Shown here piece after piece: positions 13,300-27,104 of a stretch of 64,000 bases of DNA; within the stretch, counting starts at the first letter, position 1; every line of letters begins with the position of its first letter. The notes under the pieces were generated by a model that worked only from the letters and a program-made list of their open reading frames with translations, had not been told where the DNA came from and searched no databases. The translations under genes and the position numbers were made by a program. The stretch comes from Chara braunii (lineage: Eukaryota; Plantae; Charophyceae), in assembly GCA_003427395.1 (NCBI GenBank), contig BFEA01000001.1:4994219-5058218 (forward strand), written 5' to 3'.

Positions 13300-16200
13300 G
13301 AAATCCTATGTCTTACTTATCATACCATACGACGATCATTCTTGTGACCAGAAGAATTGCTCTCCGACTAATGGTTTCCACCGTTCCTTCTACCATTACC
13401 ACAACCTGATGGAAAAATGGCAATACAGCCAAACATGCGAGGCAGTTTCCCACCCCCACTGGGAACAAGCACACTTTTCTTCAATCTCCATTCCTTTTGA
13501 GGCTAGCCATGTTGCAGCTGGAGTAACCAACTTGAAGAGTAGTTGGAGCCAAACCAAGCCGGCCTACTTCTAATATACCATAACTTTCAGACCTCGCCAA
13601 AACCCAAACATGTCAAGATTACCCAACAAAAATCCCGGTTCCTTGGAGAGTCTTTCTGTCGCCGTCACTGCTAGTTGTTTCTTTACTGTTGACCGTAGTA
13701 GCTGGATACCAATCTTAGGCTTGTAAGATGACATAGGGGTTGAGCTATTCGAGGCTCTCACCCCCATCCAACCGTAAAATAGGGGCTCTATCTGAATCCC
13801 CGAGGCATCCTCCACTATTAAAGAGGCCTGCTCTTTTGTCCCCGAGTTTTTAAGCCAAACTCTGCATTTTGTTAACCCCACAATTGTACGAATAGTCTTA
13901 TCTTGTATTCTACTAAGAGTGGAGTTTGAGCGGACCCCCGATTTTCGAACCCAAGTTTGAACTTTTATGCCTTGAGACAAGTCTGGTCCTACAACCCTTA
14001 ATATCTCTTGTCTATTATCGGGGTCAATTAACTAGGCCCCCTGACCGTGATCTGCTGAGTTTGGTAGCAACACTATCCAGTAAGCTGACACACTAGTCTT
14101 CAGTAGGTTAAAATTGAACTCCACCTGGTGAAGCCTTCGACAATTTCAACCTGAGATCTTCCAAGGATAGCCAGTCGTCCGTACTTATATCCCACACGTC
14201 CTTTAATTGCACCACTCCTTTCTCCACCCATGTCCTGCCAAAGGAGCCTGTGCTCCCATTGACCATAAGGCATGAACCGTTAACAGTCTTTATCAAGGGA
14301 TTTTCGAAAATAATATGATTTCGTACCTCCATTTTTGTTTTTGGTGGTCTAAGTGCTCGGGGGAGTACTCTAGTATGCCACGCATATAGAATATTACGCC
14401 ACAACCTAGGTGCCGGTCTTCTCAAAGAGAAAGAAAAGATGAAAAAACACAGTCAGACATCCGAAAGTCTCGAGAGATTCCATTCTTTACTGAGAATGTA
14501 TTCTGCCAATCGGATCCGCAGTTTGGAGTGCGGCCCAAAGGCAGCTGCTATGACCCACTTACAGAGAAGGTCCAGGTTTTGGTGCACTGGGTCCAATAGA
14601 CCCAGCCCCCCCTAGCCGCGTGACAAAGCCACCGTCTCCCAGACCACCTTCCAGAAGAAACCCTGTTGTAGAGTTGTTGCTGGCTTCCAAAGGTAATTAA
14701 CTGCATTTTTTTTAATACGCGCATAGGCCCCTGCTCCGAACAAATGCACTGAAACATGGAACCATAGTAAAGAGAATGCAACTGAAGTTATCACTAGCGC
14801 CAGACCAAATAAAGAGAGCTTACAATTCCGCTTTCATCCTGCTATCCTGGTGCAAACCTTGTCTGTCAATAAGGAATCCTGCACTTCGGAACAGTATGTG
14901 AAGGAAACCTGGACTCCCAAAAAACAGTTAGAAGAGTTAGCAGGTGCCTGCTTTAAACCCCAATCCACACTCAAAACCCGAGTAGGGGGAAGAAAGTAAA
15001 TAGATTTATCCTAGTTAATGGAAACTTTCGGTAGTTCACAGTAACCTTAGTAGATCTGGATTTTGTGATCAAGCGGGTAAACCACATGCCAAACTGGGTG
15101 AACTTGGATATTGCAAAGATTCTTAAAAAAATTAATCGGATTCTACAAGGTGTTTGTAATTATTATAGTTTTGTACACAATGAAGGTTCTTAGTTCTTGC
15201 AATGTTAAGGGATTGTTATCGCATGCTATGGTTAAGTCGTCAACAATCGCCCCTCCCTTCCATTTTAGGCCAAGGGACACTTTCGGTCCGATAATGTCAG
15301 GGGTGTTTCTTATGTTGTCAAGAAGGACTTCCAACTGAAGTACAAAGAGGAGGGGAGTTAAAGGGCACCCCTGTCCCAGTGACCTTGTCAATTGAAATTT
15401 TTCGGAGAGTCTTCCGTTGACTATCACAACTGAAGACGCATGTTCATAGCTGACCCTCACCCAAGTACAAAACCCTGGGCCAAAACCCAGTATTTTGAAT
15501 GTGGTGTGAACAAAACTTCATCCTACTTTGTCGTAGGCCTTCTCCATATCCAGGAGAAGGATCGAGATATCTCTTTTTTTTCTTAGCAATCAATTATAGA
15601 GCCTGAATAGTGGAGATAATGTTTTCAAATATGGACCGTCCTTTGACAAAGGATCCTTGTTCCCAGCCAATCAAGTCTGGGAGAAATTTAGCCAAGCGCA
15701 AAGTCAAGGTTCTTGCAAAAAGTTTGTATGTAACCTTTAGGACTGAGATGGGTCTCCAGTTACGGACATCCTTTTTGTCGCCCTTTTGTACATCAACAAT
15801 ACCATACCCTGAGTAAATCTTTTCGGTAACTTGCTTAACTGGAGTGCCTGGTTATAGATGTCACTTAGAAAAGGGGCAAAAACTTCCCAGGTAGCAAAAA
15901 ATAACTCGATAGGGAGGCCATCCATGCCTGGGCGTTTACCCTTGGCCATGGTCTTGGCTGCTGCCAACATTTCCAATTCCTCTATGGGTTTGTCCAGCTC
16001 CAGAGCAGCCGTGTATGAAATAGTCCTCGTCGAGTAGTCCCAAAAGGATGAACACGCTGACATGTCGAACTAAGGGGGGTCAAGGGGCATTCTAGACGTA
16101 ACAATATCCCTATAGTATTCTAGCGCATAGCCGCACATCACTACTGTCTCTACTGCTAAAGGAGCGGAAGCATCAAAGAGGTGAGAAAGTTCTCTGATCA

Positions 16201-17397
16201 AGGATCTGGACTAACTTTGGAGTAAGGAACGAAAGGTCAATTTTATCGTCCTGTCATAACCCACTATCCCTCTAAGATTTAAAAACTCGATCCATTTTGA
16301 TTGTTTTAGAATTTCTAAGGCCTCCAGTTGGGTCAGGGGGTCCCGCCGGATGCCAGACCAATGGATGTCTAAGAAGGGGTCCATTCCCATTTTAGATTCT
16401 GCTTGGGTGATCAGTTTGATCAGTGACATTTCTCTCCATTTTCTATTAGCTGCCTTTATTTTAGAGAAGGTTATGAGTGCTTGTCTTACTATAGCAATAT
16501 CTGTATCCGCCCAAAATAAGTGATTTGAAAACAACTCTTTGGCCAACAGTCATTTAGTTATATGCAATTTGACCCATTCTCGCACACCTGGTGACCTGGG
16601 TCTTTCAATAGATTTACGTTCAATCTGCAAAGGGGGCAGTACCTTTCCACTGTATCTTAAGGGAGGATATCCAAAAGCACAAGAAGATGGCCAGAGAGAG
16701 AATCAGAGATCACATTGCACCACATACTACGGTCCCACGGGGCACCTTGAACAAGGAAAAAGTCCAACCTTTTCCTTGGGGCCGGGGTCGTTCGGGTGCG
16801 TGGAGGGTCAAACCAAGTAAAACCATTCGCATGTGGGTTAAATATTCTAAATACATTAGATATATTTTGGGTTTCACAGAAAGATGAGATTCTGATCAAG
16901 TTGACTCTCAAAGGTTTAACCGTTAATGTGTCCAACCCTGGATTTAATGTTGTATTATAATCCCCACAAATTATCAATTTTTTTTGCGTCTGGCAAAGTA
17001 GCAGGCATTTCGACAAGAAAATCTAGCCAGGCTGAGTCCACATGGGCATAGACTGTCATTACAACCCAATCTTCGGTATCGGTAGAAAATTTGAGTCAAG
17101 CCCACCGACCCTTATTATCGTTGTATTGGTCTATTACTGTCATATCCATATTTTTATTTACTAGTATCGCCACTCCCCTTTTAGATCCCACTACCGGGGA
17201 CCACACCTGAGATCCATCCACCACTGGTGAAGGGTATCAAGTTTAGCCTGGTTTAGTTTGGTTTCCTGCATACAGGCAATTTGGACATTCTATGAATGAA
17301 GCGACGCTTTGAACCTTGATTTTTTAAACTTTTTGTTAGGGTCCCCAAAACCCCACACATTCCAGGTCACAAGTCTGATTCTACTTGGTAGAACCAT
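13300..17397 (-). pseudogene. LINE-B ORF2 (APE endonuclease and reverse transcriptase), many stops and frameshifts
   Basis: Starts MVLPSRIRLVTWNVWG...MQETKL; ICGDYN; RLDFFL; KRPGMDGLP; QGCPLTPLLF; AIVDDL. Confidence 0.92.
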
Positions 17398-17419
17398 GAT
17401 CCGAGCCTCTGCCGCATGA

Positions 17420-19916
17420 GTCTTGGATGCAGCTATTTGCAGGTTTTTTCAAAGACACCCTCTCCCTCGTTGTTGTGGGAAAGTCTCATCTTGGGGGGGC
17501 ACCTCCGAGACTACTGGAGTGTTGAGGGCTGAGATGAACCATTCCGAGGAAAATTCATCTACTGCCTCGATTCAGTGCAACCAATCAGCAATCTCTTGGG
17601 CAAACGGGTTATCTGGAAGGCTGATATCCTTCATAGTGTATGAGTTGGTGTCCAAAAACCCAGTCAGAGGCAAACAATATATATTGTAAGAGCACAAACT
17701 TTCCATAACCACCTCGGTAGAGTGAAGAGCTAAGCAGGCTATGTGAGAAATTGTCTTGCTACCCTGTGAATTGAGTGCAATGTGGCGGCCTCGCTTGGGG
17801 GCAGACAGGATCACACATGATCCACATTCATGTAAAACATGCTTTCTCGTGGCCGAAAGCCACAAAGTATCTGGAGGTAAGGGACCCCTGTAAATGACAA
17901 AGCCTCCACCTTGTCCATATGTGTCAATGACATCGGACCATGTGGAGAGGGTGTAATCACTAAAGGAACTATAAATTCTTTAGGATTACCTTTCCCCCTG
18001 GTTTTTTAACTTTTTTCTCTGAATAGTTTGCATTGGCCGAGATAAGTCACTAGGAATTTTTGCCTTGCAGACCTTCTCCTGCTTTGAACTTTATTAGCAG
18101 AATTACTCTTCTCAGAGATGTTATTGCCAGAGGATGAGTGGGCCCCCCGGCGGGTGCACTTTCCCTGGGGGTCCTCACCGCAAATTTTATTTTGGAAGGA
18201 GCGAGAGCAATGGCCTCAGGGGGGAGGGAACAAGTCTCCCTGCCAAGGTGGGGCCCTCTGTGGTAGACGGTGTCAAGCTTAAACTGCTGATAGAATAAAA
18301 GTCTTCCATGTCCGATCCAGAGGTATCTCCAGCTGGAGAAAGGGAAACTTTTGGGTTTTTCAGTTGATACAGAGCCTTAACACCTAGGTCTGAATCCCCA
18401 TCACTCTCGTCATGAGGGAGACAGTCACTATACATTCCGTTTTCCCTGATTTGAGAAGCAGAGAAACTGGGGAGGATATCCCTTTCGATTGAGGGTTTAT
18501 GAACCTCTTCTTCTTTCGTGGAAGAGTTTGAAGGGGAGAGAAAATCTCGATCGGGGAATCTGTCCATCCCGTCATGCAGGACTATTTCATTACCTTTGAC
18601 AATAAATTCTTTATTCTTATCTGACTCCGAAATCTCTAGTCCCTCTTCTTGTTTCCGCTTCTCTCTTCCCACGAGGGTACGATCTTCGTCCATTACACCC
18701 TCTCCTTTTTCAGCGCACGACACCTTCTTGTCACCTTCTAACCCCTTGTCCTCTTCCATCGAGGGTCAAGTCTCCTTTCTTCCCTTTTCCTCCGATTCTC
18801 TTTCCTTTGTTCCCACAGGGGTTTTATCTGTATCCTTATTATCCCCTTGATCTTGTTTCTGTTCCCCACCTTTGTCACCCTTGTCTCTCCCTTCCCTTTC
18901 CTTGACGTTTTTCCTTTTCAGGGTGGGGCTAGTGTCATTTTTCTCAGGTCTGGGAGGTTTGACTGAAACTTTATGTGCCTTATCCTTACCTTTCTCCTTT
19001 TCCCCATACTGTTTTCCCTTTTTTCCTCCTCCCCGACCTTCCTTGGATTCAACCGCTTTTGCATACGTCTTCCTTTTGCGAGCAGAGCACTCATCATCTC
19101 CTTCTGAGTGAAAGTGGCGCCTGCACGCTGGACACCAGGGGGTCTCTGCATATACCACCTCCAACTCCACGTAACCATCCTCTCCCAAGTCTACCACTAG
19201 GTATTTTATTTTTTATACCCAAGACGAGCAGCGGACTCGAGATCGAACCTCACGTTTAGGAGGTTCGATTCCAACAAATCTTTGAAGGCTGGATATTCCC
19301 TGATCAACTCGCTACCATAAGCATCGTGAATGGCCCCTGGGAGGAGGGGTAAGACTCCCACAGGGACTTGCTGATAGCGGACAAAAAAAAATCGATATCT
19401 AGCAACCTCCCTCCACTCTGATAACTCGTATTCAGTCATCCATGGTCTAAAAGAGATCTTGTGAGACACATTGTCCAAGTTTATCTGAGTGTTAGCCATC
19501 TTCAATATCCAATCCGCTATTGCTCTTGTAGGGGCCATATAAGTAACTAAGTTACGACCTTCATTATGGAACTTGCCCCTTTTCAGAGGAGAGGAAGCGC
19601 TTTGTGATGACGAAGCCCAACCGTTTTCGCAGATTCGCACCAGACGTTTTTTAATGTCTGTTGATATCAATGAAGACTCATCTCCAAATAGGATCGTAAC
19701 TGCGTGTTCACGCAGCCATTCTGCCTGAATTTTGTACAGATCCGGGTTAACGGTGACTTTGAGATAGTCTTCTCCCACCTCAACTTTGGTTGGAGCCAAG
19801 CGCGGAGGGAGAATACCATCGATGTAGCATTGCGAGATAATACCCTGAATCCTTTGCTTGTCCTCCGGTGCGAAGCCAGACGGTGACTCAGAGGCCGCCA
19901 TGAGAAAGAAAAACAA
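17420..19916 (-). pseudogene. LINE-B ORF1 (N-terminal domain, CCHC-variant knuckle, charged linker, C-terminal domain)
   Basis: ORFs 19206-19916, 18766-19197 (WCPACRRHFHSEGDDEC), 18187-18759 and 17572-17865 lie directly upstream of ORF2. Confidence 0.8.
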
Positions 19917-21136
19917 ACCTAAGACTAATTTTCACTAAGGTTTTAACGTTTGACAATGTCGGGTTAGTACTAACTGTTGGAGTTTCCAATAATTACGGAT
20001 AAAACAATTTCTAATTATAATCCCACATCCCACCCGGGTAAATAAGTGTGACGGGTAGATATTATTCCTGCGTACGGTCGTCCAATAGTCTTTGGTTGGC
20101 AGTTAACTCTCGATCCGACTTTAACTGATGTCCATTTCCGAGCGACAGAAAGTGTCATTCCTCGAGTTGCTTCGTAAACCAAGGCCCTTGGTGGGGGGTG
20201 GATCTATCCAGGTCGATGATATTGCACAGACAACAAACACGCCATAGAGTTCTCTATGGCGAGGATAACGTTTCGTTTCTAACCCTCGGGATTCCCTAGG
20301 GGAAGAGATGATGACTTCAACACGCGAAACTCTACGACCATCCTACAAGACCCAGAGCCTACCATTTCCGGTAGGGAAGGATCTGTGAATAGCGCAACGT
20401 AGCGCATTGCTCCGCCCCCCCATCATTTTAGGACTTTTCGAGACTCTGACAACTCTCAAATGACTCTAGAAAATTTTCACGAGTTTAGAGTAGTGCAGTG
20501 AGCCCCATTCTCTCGAGAAAGCATACATCGTCATTCAGATAACCCTTATCCCACATCAACCACGAGGAGAGGTTCTATGGCAAGCTGTGCACCCATTGAG
20601 GGCCCAAATTTCGTGAAGGCAGTTGGATTCGGGGGAGATCGACGAACAGGAGGTGGCGCGGCTGCTTTGTGTAACGAAGTGTTCATTCCACGCGAGTGAA
20701 GAAGAAAACAGGGGGGACAAACGCGGGAGATGAGGGACATAGATGGGCATAGTAACTCGCGATGCCCGTTGTTTGATTGCTTGTGGTTGTTGTTTCTGTC
20801 GCTTTCTGAGACGCATTTTGTTCTCTTGCTTCGCCCAAATTGTTGTTGTCCGCTGGAAGAAGGAAAAAAAAGAAAAATAAGTAACTAGAGCTGGAAATGA
20901 TCCCAATATATTCGGTAACTGAGATTGAAATAGTGGCAACACATTCGATCGTTTTGGAAGGGTGTTTTGTTCTTCTTGCAACCATTGTCGTTGTCGGTTA
21001 GAAACAAAAAAGAAGTGTCCCAATACATTCGGTTTTGACTTTGTTGTTCGACAAAGTCAAGGGTGCGGGTGAAGTGAATTTTGTCTATTTCAACAACTGT
21101 CTGTCGGTCTGTTTGTCTGTCTGTATGTGTGTCTAT

Positions 21137-21197
<61 letters not shown>

Positions 21198-21502
21198 NNN
21201 NNNNNNNNNNNNNNNNNNNNNNNNNNNNNNNNNNNNNNNNNNNNNNNNNNNNNNNNNNNNNNNNNNNNNNNNNNNNNNNNNNNNNNNNNNNNNNNNNNNN
21301 NNNNNNNNNNNNNNNNNNNNNNNNNNNNNNNNNNNNNNNNNNNNNNNNNNNNNNNNNNNNNNNNNNNNNNNNNNNNNNNNNNNNNNNNNNNNNNNNNNNN
21401 NNNNNNNNNNNNNNNNNNNNNNNNNNNNNNNNNNNNNNNNNNNNNNNNNNNNNNNNNNNNNNNNNNNNNNNNNNNNNNNNNNNNNNNNNNNNNNNNNNNN
21501 NN

Positions 21503-21545
<43 letters not shown>

Positions 21546-21868
21546 TGTGTGTGTGCAACCCTTCACATTATGGTGGTCTTTCTGCAACCCTTCCAACTCT
21601 TGAGTTTTCCAGTAATAAAATACAATAGAACAAAGTTTGTTATCCTTTCTTGTGGATATGTGACATGAAAGACCAGTGGACAAGAAAAAAAAAGAAAAAA
21701 AAGAAAGACTTATGCACGCTACGGAACCTAAAACCAACCCTGTGGATGAATGAACAAATAACTGTCAGCATGATGTGTGTGTGGGGGGGTACTGCCCCTA
21801 TTTGAAAAGAAAAAAAAAAAGCCAAAAAGGGACCGAGGAGGAAGATGGTCTTTTAGGATATCCGTTAA

Positions 21869-22069
21869 ACAACCAGTATTTGGCCCATGCATCGCCCGCG
21901 GGCGTTTCACGTTAGCGCTCCATGACCTGCGGGCTTTGAGGTACATGACAACAATAGCTGGAAGCGCTAGCGAAAAAGAAAACGAAACGGTGCCCCGACG
22001 GTTCGACAAAACTTGGCGCGCAGGAGGTTGTCTGGCTCGACATCGATAGCTGCTCCAAGTACTAGTGGT
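21869..22069. mobile_element. TTAA-flanked MITE
   Basis: TTAA (21865-21868), ACAACCAGTATTTGG ... CCAAGTACTAGTGGT, TTAA (22070-22073). Confidence 0.7.
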
Positions 22070-22276
22070 TTAAACCACCAGTACTTGGCCCAACTATCCA
22101 CGAGGGAAAATAGAATAGAAACATCTCTAGTCAAATGAATTTGGGCGCTCCTGTAGTGACCCGTATACTTCCGAAAATCGTGGCTTGTTAACAGACACAA
22201 CTTTAGGAAGTATTGGTGGGTTAAGATTGGAACGATACAGAAAAGGATTTTATATATATATGTATGTATATATATA

Positions 22277-23779
22277 TAGGGTTACCTTACCGAATGTTCG
22301 GGGGCCCCCGGGCTGGCCCCCGAACGTTCGGGCGTTCGGGGTCCCTTTCGGGGGCCGAACACCTCCAAGTTTGGCCCCCGCCAAAACAAATTTCGGGGCC
22401 TGAAAATAAGTTTTTTTTTTCTGAATGTTGTTTTGTGAGTTCTCTATGATGTAACCTACACGCTTATAAATTTTGAAGCCATTCTGCTAAGCCAAAAAAA
22501 CATTAAAAATCGTCCAAGATGGGGGTGTCAAAACGTGCTCGCCCACTCACTATTTTTTTTTTTTTCACTTTTAACTTTTTGTTTTTATTTTATTTCGGGG
22601 CCTAAAAAAAATTATTATTTTTTGAAAATTTTTTAATGAGTTATTGATTATGTAACCTACATATCTGTAAATTGTCAGGGCATTTCTCATTGCCAAAAAA
22701 TAATTAAAAATCGGCAAATATGGCGGTGTCGAAAAGGTGCTGGCACACTCACTCATTTTAATTCTCTTTTTATTTTTTCTTATTTTTATCGTAGTGTTTA
22801 TATTTTCTGTATTTGATTGTTAATTCAAATTTGGTAAAGAATTTGGATATAGTGCCCATGAAAATGTTGTTTAGTTTATTTTTCTCCNNNNNNNNNNNNN
22901 NNNNNNNNNNNNNNNNNNNNNNNNNNNNNNNNNNNNNNNNNNNNNNNNNNNNNNNNNNNNNNNNNNNNNNNNNNNNNNNNNNNNNNNNNNNNNNNNNNNN
23001 NNNNNNNNNNNNNNNNNNNNNNNNNNNNNNNNNNNNNNNNNNNNNNNNNNNNNNNNNNNNNNNNNNNNNNNNNNNNNNNNNNNNNNNNNNNNNNNNNNNN
23101 NNNNNNNNNNNNNNNNNNNNNNNNNNNNNNNNNNNNNNNNNNNNNNNNNNNNNNNNNNNNNNNNNNNNNNNNNNNNNNNNNNNNNNNNNNNNNNNNNNNN
23201 NNNNNNNNNNNNNNNNNNNNNNNNNNNNNNNNNNNNNNNNNNNNNNNNNNNNNNNNNNNNNNNNNNNNNNNNNNNNNNNNNNNNNNNNNNNNNNNNNNNN
23301 NNNNNNNNNNNNNNNNNNNNGCGAGCATGTTTTCGACCCCGCCATCTTTGGCGATTTTTTTTTTTTTTTTTTTGCATAGCTAAATGCCCTGAAAATTTAC
23401 AGATCTGTATTTCACATAATACAAAAACCACTAAAAAAGTTTCAAAAAATAATAAAATTGTTTAGACCTCGAACTAAAGTGAAAACAAAAAGTAAAAAGT
23501 GAAAAAATACGTGGGCGAGCACGTTTTGACACCGCCATCTTTGAATATTTTTAATTCTTATTTGGCTTAGCCAAATGACTTGAAAATTTACAGGCATGTA
23601 CCTCACGTCATAGAGAACTCACATAAAAACATTCAGAAAAAAATTATTATTTGTAGGCCCCAAAATATTTTTTGGCGGGGGCCGAACGCCGTCGGGTTCG
23701 GACTCCGTACGGGACCCCGAACGCGCGTACGTACGGAGGTCTGCCCGGGGACCTCCGTACGTACGGGCTGGTAACCCTG
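22277..23779. mobile_element. hAT-type MITE with long inverted arms, spanning an N gap, inserted in (TA)n
   Basis: TAGGGTTACC...GGTAACCCTG termini; 7/8 TSD TATATATA/TATAGATA; arms ~22380-22760 mirrored at ~23321-23680. Confidence 0.85.
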
Positions 23780-24299
23780 TATAGATATATATATATATAT
23801 ATGACTGACAATTGACCTCAGCATCCCCCTGAGGCCTGCAGATCAATTCCCTGATCTGTTCCCCCCCCACCCTCAGTCAATAGAGATCAGATGGTAAAAA
23901 AACGTTAAAGGACATAGCGAAAGGTAGCCTAAACATGTTCTTGAACAAATACTCAAAGACCTTCAACAAGCAGCTTACTTGTCTAAGTCTGCCTTGAGTT
24001 CAGCATGAGTTTATCCTAAGTTTAAAGTGTTCAACTTGATTTAGTGAAGTAGGATCCTCAATAGAACTACATAGACAGTGGAAAAAAGAATTTTGTGAAA
24101 AACTCTGTATGCTGGCAACTTGGTACGCCCTGCAGAAGAGTGTAGAGGATAAGTGGTTTTTGGGTGACGGGAGACTGTGATGCCCAGCCTCACGCCCAAC
24201 GCGACTTCCTGATCGGAGTTGGATTGGGGCCCGGAAGTGCGAAAAGGGGGTGTGCTAAGGATTTTAGGAAAGTGTAGGTGAAGTCCCAGGTTGGAACTG

Positions 24300-25000
24300 A
24301 GATCTTCTGTGGCAAGTTTCGGGGGTAAAAGCCCAAGAGGGTAGGTGCAGGTCGTACTTGGCTTTTTAGTTTTCATAAGAAGGAAGGCAGGCCACCTTTC
24401 GTGGTTTGTACACGGAAGGGAAAGCCGCAGACGTCGTGCAGCATAAGGCAGATGGCATGCGCAGTGCATCCTAGGCTAAAGATTCCGGGGTACTTTTCCA
24501 CAATCACAGTACCGACAGATCTAAACACTCTTGCATTCTCGAACAAAATCTCAACAACATTGCCCCTGCCAACGAACTCAATTTTCAAGCCTGAAAAACG
24601 AGAATGACCATCTCTTCTAGTTTCACCTTTGTAGTTGGTCGCACGGTTCAACCAGTTGTCGGTGCCGCTCGACTTCGGTTCGGGCTCACCGAGCGATTTC
24701 CGAGCCTCGGTATGCCTGGTGCCGGCGTGTCGCCGACACTTTTCACACGATATACGGGGCCAATAGCGGGCTATGGAATTCCATAGCACCACCGTGGGTT
24801 AGTGATATGGAAGGAGGAGGTGAAAGGGAGGGAAACTGGTAGTAATAATGACGAAGCCGGGGGTATTGCGTGTTATAAGTATCCGGATAGTCGGGGCCTC
24901 TAGGATCGTTAGTTATGGCACAGTGAAAACCCCTTGCGCACAATCGATCGTTCTCTATCAGATAGGGGAATTCCAGATTTCTTAAGTTCCCCCGCCGTCT
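24300..25000 (-). pseudogene. hAT transposase remnant (DUF659-type region)
   Basis: ORF 24373-24792: VGRGNVVEILFENA...EKYPGIFSLGCTAHAICLMLHDV resembles the hAT motif KYPxIFWTPCxxHCxDLMLxD. Confidence 0.85.
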
Positions 25001-27104
25001 GAGTTATTCACTTTCCCAGTATTCGCCGTATTCCGGGTCCCTCAAGCTCTCACGATCGGGCATCCAAGAGGGAAATTTCGCAGCCATATCTGTTTAGCAA
25101 GCTTAGTACCCTGCATCCTTATACGTGGTCCAAGGCTGACTCACGCAGACGAGCGTGTACGTGGCGACTCGGCTTCCTCGAGATCGCGATCGTATGCGAG
25201 CGCTCACGTGAGAAACAACGGGTTGATCGCGTTCAACATATATGCAAATATCCTATCCCTGCTATGTCGGGTGAGATCCGATCATTACATGCCATACATG
25301 TGACGAAAAGAAGGAAGGAGTGGACATGACAATTAACTTCTCGCAACACTTTTGGTGATCGAAAGTTAACGACTAAACCCAAAACATTCATAACGAGCAT
25401 TTTCAATAAGATCTGAGCGTATAACTCACGTGAGTGAACAGTAGACAAAAACGAAACAGGCATCGCAAAACAAGATTGGAAATCCGAAAAGATCGCTAAA
25501 AAAAAGGGGAATTCACATTTATTCCATGCATACATACGAAGTAAAAACGACAAGGAAAGTCCGAGGTGATTTACAAGAGAAGTCCAAAAAGGCCGCGATA
25601 AAATTGACCGTATCCGCATCCAAAATTATACAGATGAACAAAGGAAAGAAAGGGACAATGGACAGAACCTCATCCCGATGCAGGCAGTCCGTCGCCTCGC
25701 ATCAACACAGAGTTGTCACCCCGCTTGGTTCGAGCATGCAAGCCAGGTTCGCCCGTGCGTCACAGTCCGTCGCGGCCCCTCACGTCAACCCCGCATACCC
25801 GACACCAGCTCGTCGGATCGCCCAACTCTCGCACTCACTCACCTTCCAGACTTGCTCGTTAGCCGGCCCTCACTGATCGCGCTAACCTCGAAATTCTTAG
25901 AGAGAAAACCAATCGCGCTTGCAAAATTTATAGCATGCATGCTTGCGCGAAAGGTACGGGATTAAGCCCAGGTGGACAGGAGGAGAAGAGAGGAGGTGTT
26001 TACGTCTTGCATGGCCAAGCCGCGGCGTGGGGGTCGTAGCCACACTCCACGCATCGATCCGGTCATGCAGGCGTTTCCGACCAATTAGAACATAGTATGC
26101 GCGGCGAGGAAGAAAGGTGAAGGCGGGTAAACATGAGGAAACCAAGAAAGAAGAAAGATACAGTTACAATCACGACCGCCAAAACCGACAGCTACACCTG
26201 ATTAAGGGCGCGATCCAGTCAGAGCCCAGTTCCTATCGCAGCAAGATGCGCGCAAGCGCGACGCAACAAAATTCAGAGTACCTAAATTCCTAGCCTAAGT
26301 TCTGATTGCAAAAGGAAATTCCGAGAAAAGTAGAAAAGAAAAACAATTCCGCGAGCTCGTGGGGGCTCGACATCAGTTGAAAATTCAAAAAACGGTATTC
26401 CCTCGCGATGATCGTGCCAAAATTCCCAGCGCTCACAGCAGAACAAGAAAGAAGCTATGGTACAATTATTTCTCGCGCTTGCCAAGGCGCAGCTACCCAA
26501 CCGTTGGCACAGGATTTTCCCGACACCGACCCGACAACTTCCAGCAGAAAACGAAAAGAAACGAGGACGTCCATGCAATTTGCCGCCCGACCCATCTTCC
26601 CGCAACTCACCCATCCTAGGCAGCTTCGCGCAGAAAGTCGCGCGATTACAGAAAATGGTTCGTCACAAGACGGAAGGAGGTCCCACTGGTGGCCCCCAGT
26701 GGCTCCTCCTGGAACCCGGACCTGGTAAAGAGACTGAAAGGGGGATGGGGGTTACCAGTATTCCCGGGACGCAGTTCCCGCCTTCCAGCATTTTTCACGC
26801 TCACGTGCTTCCTCAATCTTCCTCAACCTCCTACTTAAGCATCCCACAAGGGACGCTGATTCGACAACCTGCTCAGTTAATCCTCGGGAATCCAGAGTAA
26901 TCAATGCTGGCAGGCGTTCTCCAGATACCATTCTGTTCTTCCTTCTGCTTATCGTACTACATAAGGACGCTGGACCCGTTTTCCAGCAGGTGAAGCTCCC
27001 CACCAATAGATTGAGCCTCTCCCCAGGTGGTAGCGGTGTCTGCCCTCAACAGCATCACTAGCACTGGAGGGATTTTTTTCCCAAAAAAAAAAAAAAAAAA
27101 AAAG

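Larger units (their letters stand above)
12870..20520 (-). mobile_element. LINE-B: near full-length decayed L1/Tx1-like LINE
   Basis: ORF1 and ORF2 remnants in order on the minus strand; outer boundaries approximate. Confidence 0.88.

Noticed and set aside
20610-20680. EF-hand-like LDSGEIDEQEVARLL on the plus strand
   Set aside because: In-frame stop just upstream, no clear exon structure; likely chance.
26214-26240. CAGTC...GTTCCTATCGC resembling the 63.9 kb junction
   Set aside because: Only 11 nt exact and no adjoining LINE.
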